A stretch of 64,000 nt of DNA from the NCBI GenBank assembly GCA_963817385.1, contig CAWFOM010000010.1, positions 192,001 through 256,000 on the forward strand, read 5' to 3'. The notes below the pieces were generated by a model. The model was not told where the DNA came from, did no database searches, and saw only the letters and a list, made by a program, of their open reading frames with translations. The translations under genes and the position numbers were made by a program. The stretch comes from an uncultured delta proteobacterium (GTDB taxonomy: Bacteria > Desulfobacterota > Syntrophia > Syntrophales > UBA5619). The number at the start of each line of letters is the position of its first letter. Position 1 is the first letter of the stretch. Shown here piece after piece: positions 62,871 to 64,000 of this stretch.

Positions 62871-63224
62871 TTAGCGCATAATCTTCTTCAGGAAGTGCTT
62901 GCGATTGCGCGTGTACGGCCGCACCTCGGCCGTCCATCGTCCCTGATCGACCGCCTTGGCCCACGCCTCGCTCACCAGAACATCGGCGTTTTCCATCTCG
63001 AAAATCGCGGTGTACTTGGGTTCGCCTTCGGCAACGATAACATTCCGTTTGCCACCGATAACCACGGCCAAAGGTTCAGTTGTGGTGCGTGTCGCCGATA
63101 GCACGCCCGGCACTTGCAGGAGCAGGGGGACGTGCTCGACATCATAGACTTCGTTGAATATCGCTTCCTTGTCGGGGTCGACGTCCATACTGGCTATGAA
63201 CAGGTACTTGGCTTTTGGATGCAT
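62871..63224 (-). CDS. Hypothetical protein, EthD/Dabb-like alpha-beta barrel candidate
   Basis: MDVDPDKEAIFNEVYDVEHVPLLLQVPGV..PKYTAIFE..SEAW; AAGGAG RBS. Confidence 0.7.
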   Translation of the reverse strand: MHPKAKYLFIASMDVDPDKEAIFNEVYDVEHVPLLLQVPGVLSATRTTTEPLAVVIGGKRNVIVAEGEPKYTAIFEMENADVLVSEAWAKAVDQGRWTAEVRPYTRNRKHFLKKIMR

Positions 63225-63255
63225 CAATTCTCACTCCTTGTGTTTTTTTAATGAG

Positions 63256-63990
63256 TCAGCCTAAGGGTTCCAGAACTACCTGCACCGAGGCCACATGCTT
63301 TGAAGCCTTCAGCGCCCAGACGATTGCCGAGGCCACATCAACCGGCCGCAGCATCAAGGCAGGATCGGTCAAACTGGAGTCCAGCGGACGGCCTGCGTGT
63401 TGGTCGCGGAACCCGGTATCGGCAGTCCCGGGCGAGATAACGGTTACCTGGATGCCGTACTCCTTTACCTCTTTGGAGAGAGACTCTGAGAAGGCCATCA
63501 CCGCGGCTTTGGAAGCGCAGTAACCGGAGAAATTGGGGACACCCCGCCTCCCGAGAACGGAGGCGATGTTCACGATGTGCCCTGTCCCGGCATCCCTCAT
63601 GGGTCCTATGGCCGCCCGACTCAGATAAAAGGTGCCGTTCACATTCACCTCCATCATCTGCTGCCACTGAGCATCGGTGGTGTTTTCCACAGAAGCCCAG
63701 TGTCCCAGACCCGCGCAGTTCACGAGAATCTGGAGGCCGCCCATCTCCTTCACCGCCCACTGGACGAGGACGGAACACTGCCCCGGATTGCGCACGTCCA
63801 GAGTCCGCCATACAGCTGTACCGCCCGTTCCGCAAATCTCTTTCACCAGCGATGCCAACGCATCCGATTCTTGCGGCAGAGCCGCCGCGACCACCCGGAC
63901 GCCATCGGCCGCGAGTTGCCGGGACAACTGCCTGCCAAAGCCTCCGCTGGCCCCTGTAACGATAGCTACCAAACCTGTCAAGGAATCCAC
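63256..63990 (-). CDS. Short-chain dehydrogenase/reductase (SDR)
   Basis: VTGASGGFG, LVNCAG, NIASVLG, YCASK, ISPG. Confidence 0.92.
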   Translation of the reverse strand: MDSLTGLVAIVTGASGGFGRQLSRQLAADGVRVVAAALPQESDALASLVKEICGTGGTAVWRTLDVRNPGQCSVLVQWAVKEMGGLQILVNCAGLGHWASVENTTDAQWQQMMEVNVNGTFYLSRAAIGPMRDAGTGHIVNIASVLGRRGVPNFSGYCASKAAVMAFSESLSKEVKEYGIQVTVISPGTADTGFRDQHAGRPLDSSLTDPALMLRPVDVASAIVWALKASKHVASVQVVLEPLG

Positions 63991-64000
63991 GCTGTTCCTC

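Noticed and set aside
1..64000. CRISPR array, rRNA, intact integrase/transposase, integron attC sites
   Set aside because: No regularly spaced direct repeats, rRNA-like sequence, recombinase ORF or convincing RYYYAAC..GTTRRRY hairpins were seen by eye.

Overview
64 kb of bacterial DNA. Gene content and synteny suggest an anaerobic Syntrophales/Desulfobacterota-like organism (inference). From left to right it holds: (1) a minus-strand surface-glycan cluster with an abrupt AT-rich membrane gene and two decayed genes; (2) a TetR-regulated beta-oxidation operon (acyl-CoA dehydrogenase, fadN-like, thiolase); (3) tRNA-Val(CAC) followed by a divergent AT-rich PGK and a V4R/PAS histidine kinase with its response regulator; (4) housekeeping bepA-like, cmk, rpsA and sppA, a decayed ihfB, an enoyl-CoA hydratase and a small Cys-rich sigma-70 region-4 protein; (5) a GC-rich block with a multiply frameshifted hrpA, a GH57-glycogen synthase fusion and two MtaD-like amidohydrolases; (6) tRNA-Leu(TAA) followed by a co-oriented array of unrelated genes separated by repeated, diverged ihf and small-ORF fragments; (7) a long catabolic island (two ThDP enzymes, cupin, MmgE/PrpD, SauS-like acylating ALDH, MoaD+AOR, TctCBA, CMD, amidase, SDR) interrupted by a eukaryote/archaeal-type enolase. 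No CRISPR array, rRNA or intact integrase/transposase was seen. Many single-base frameshifts may be sequencing errors, and abrupt GC shifts could be assembly junctions. All calls come from motif recognition only; no searches were run.
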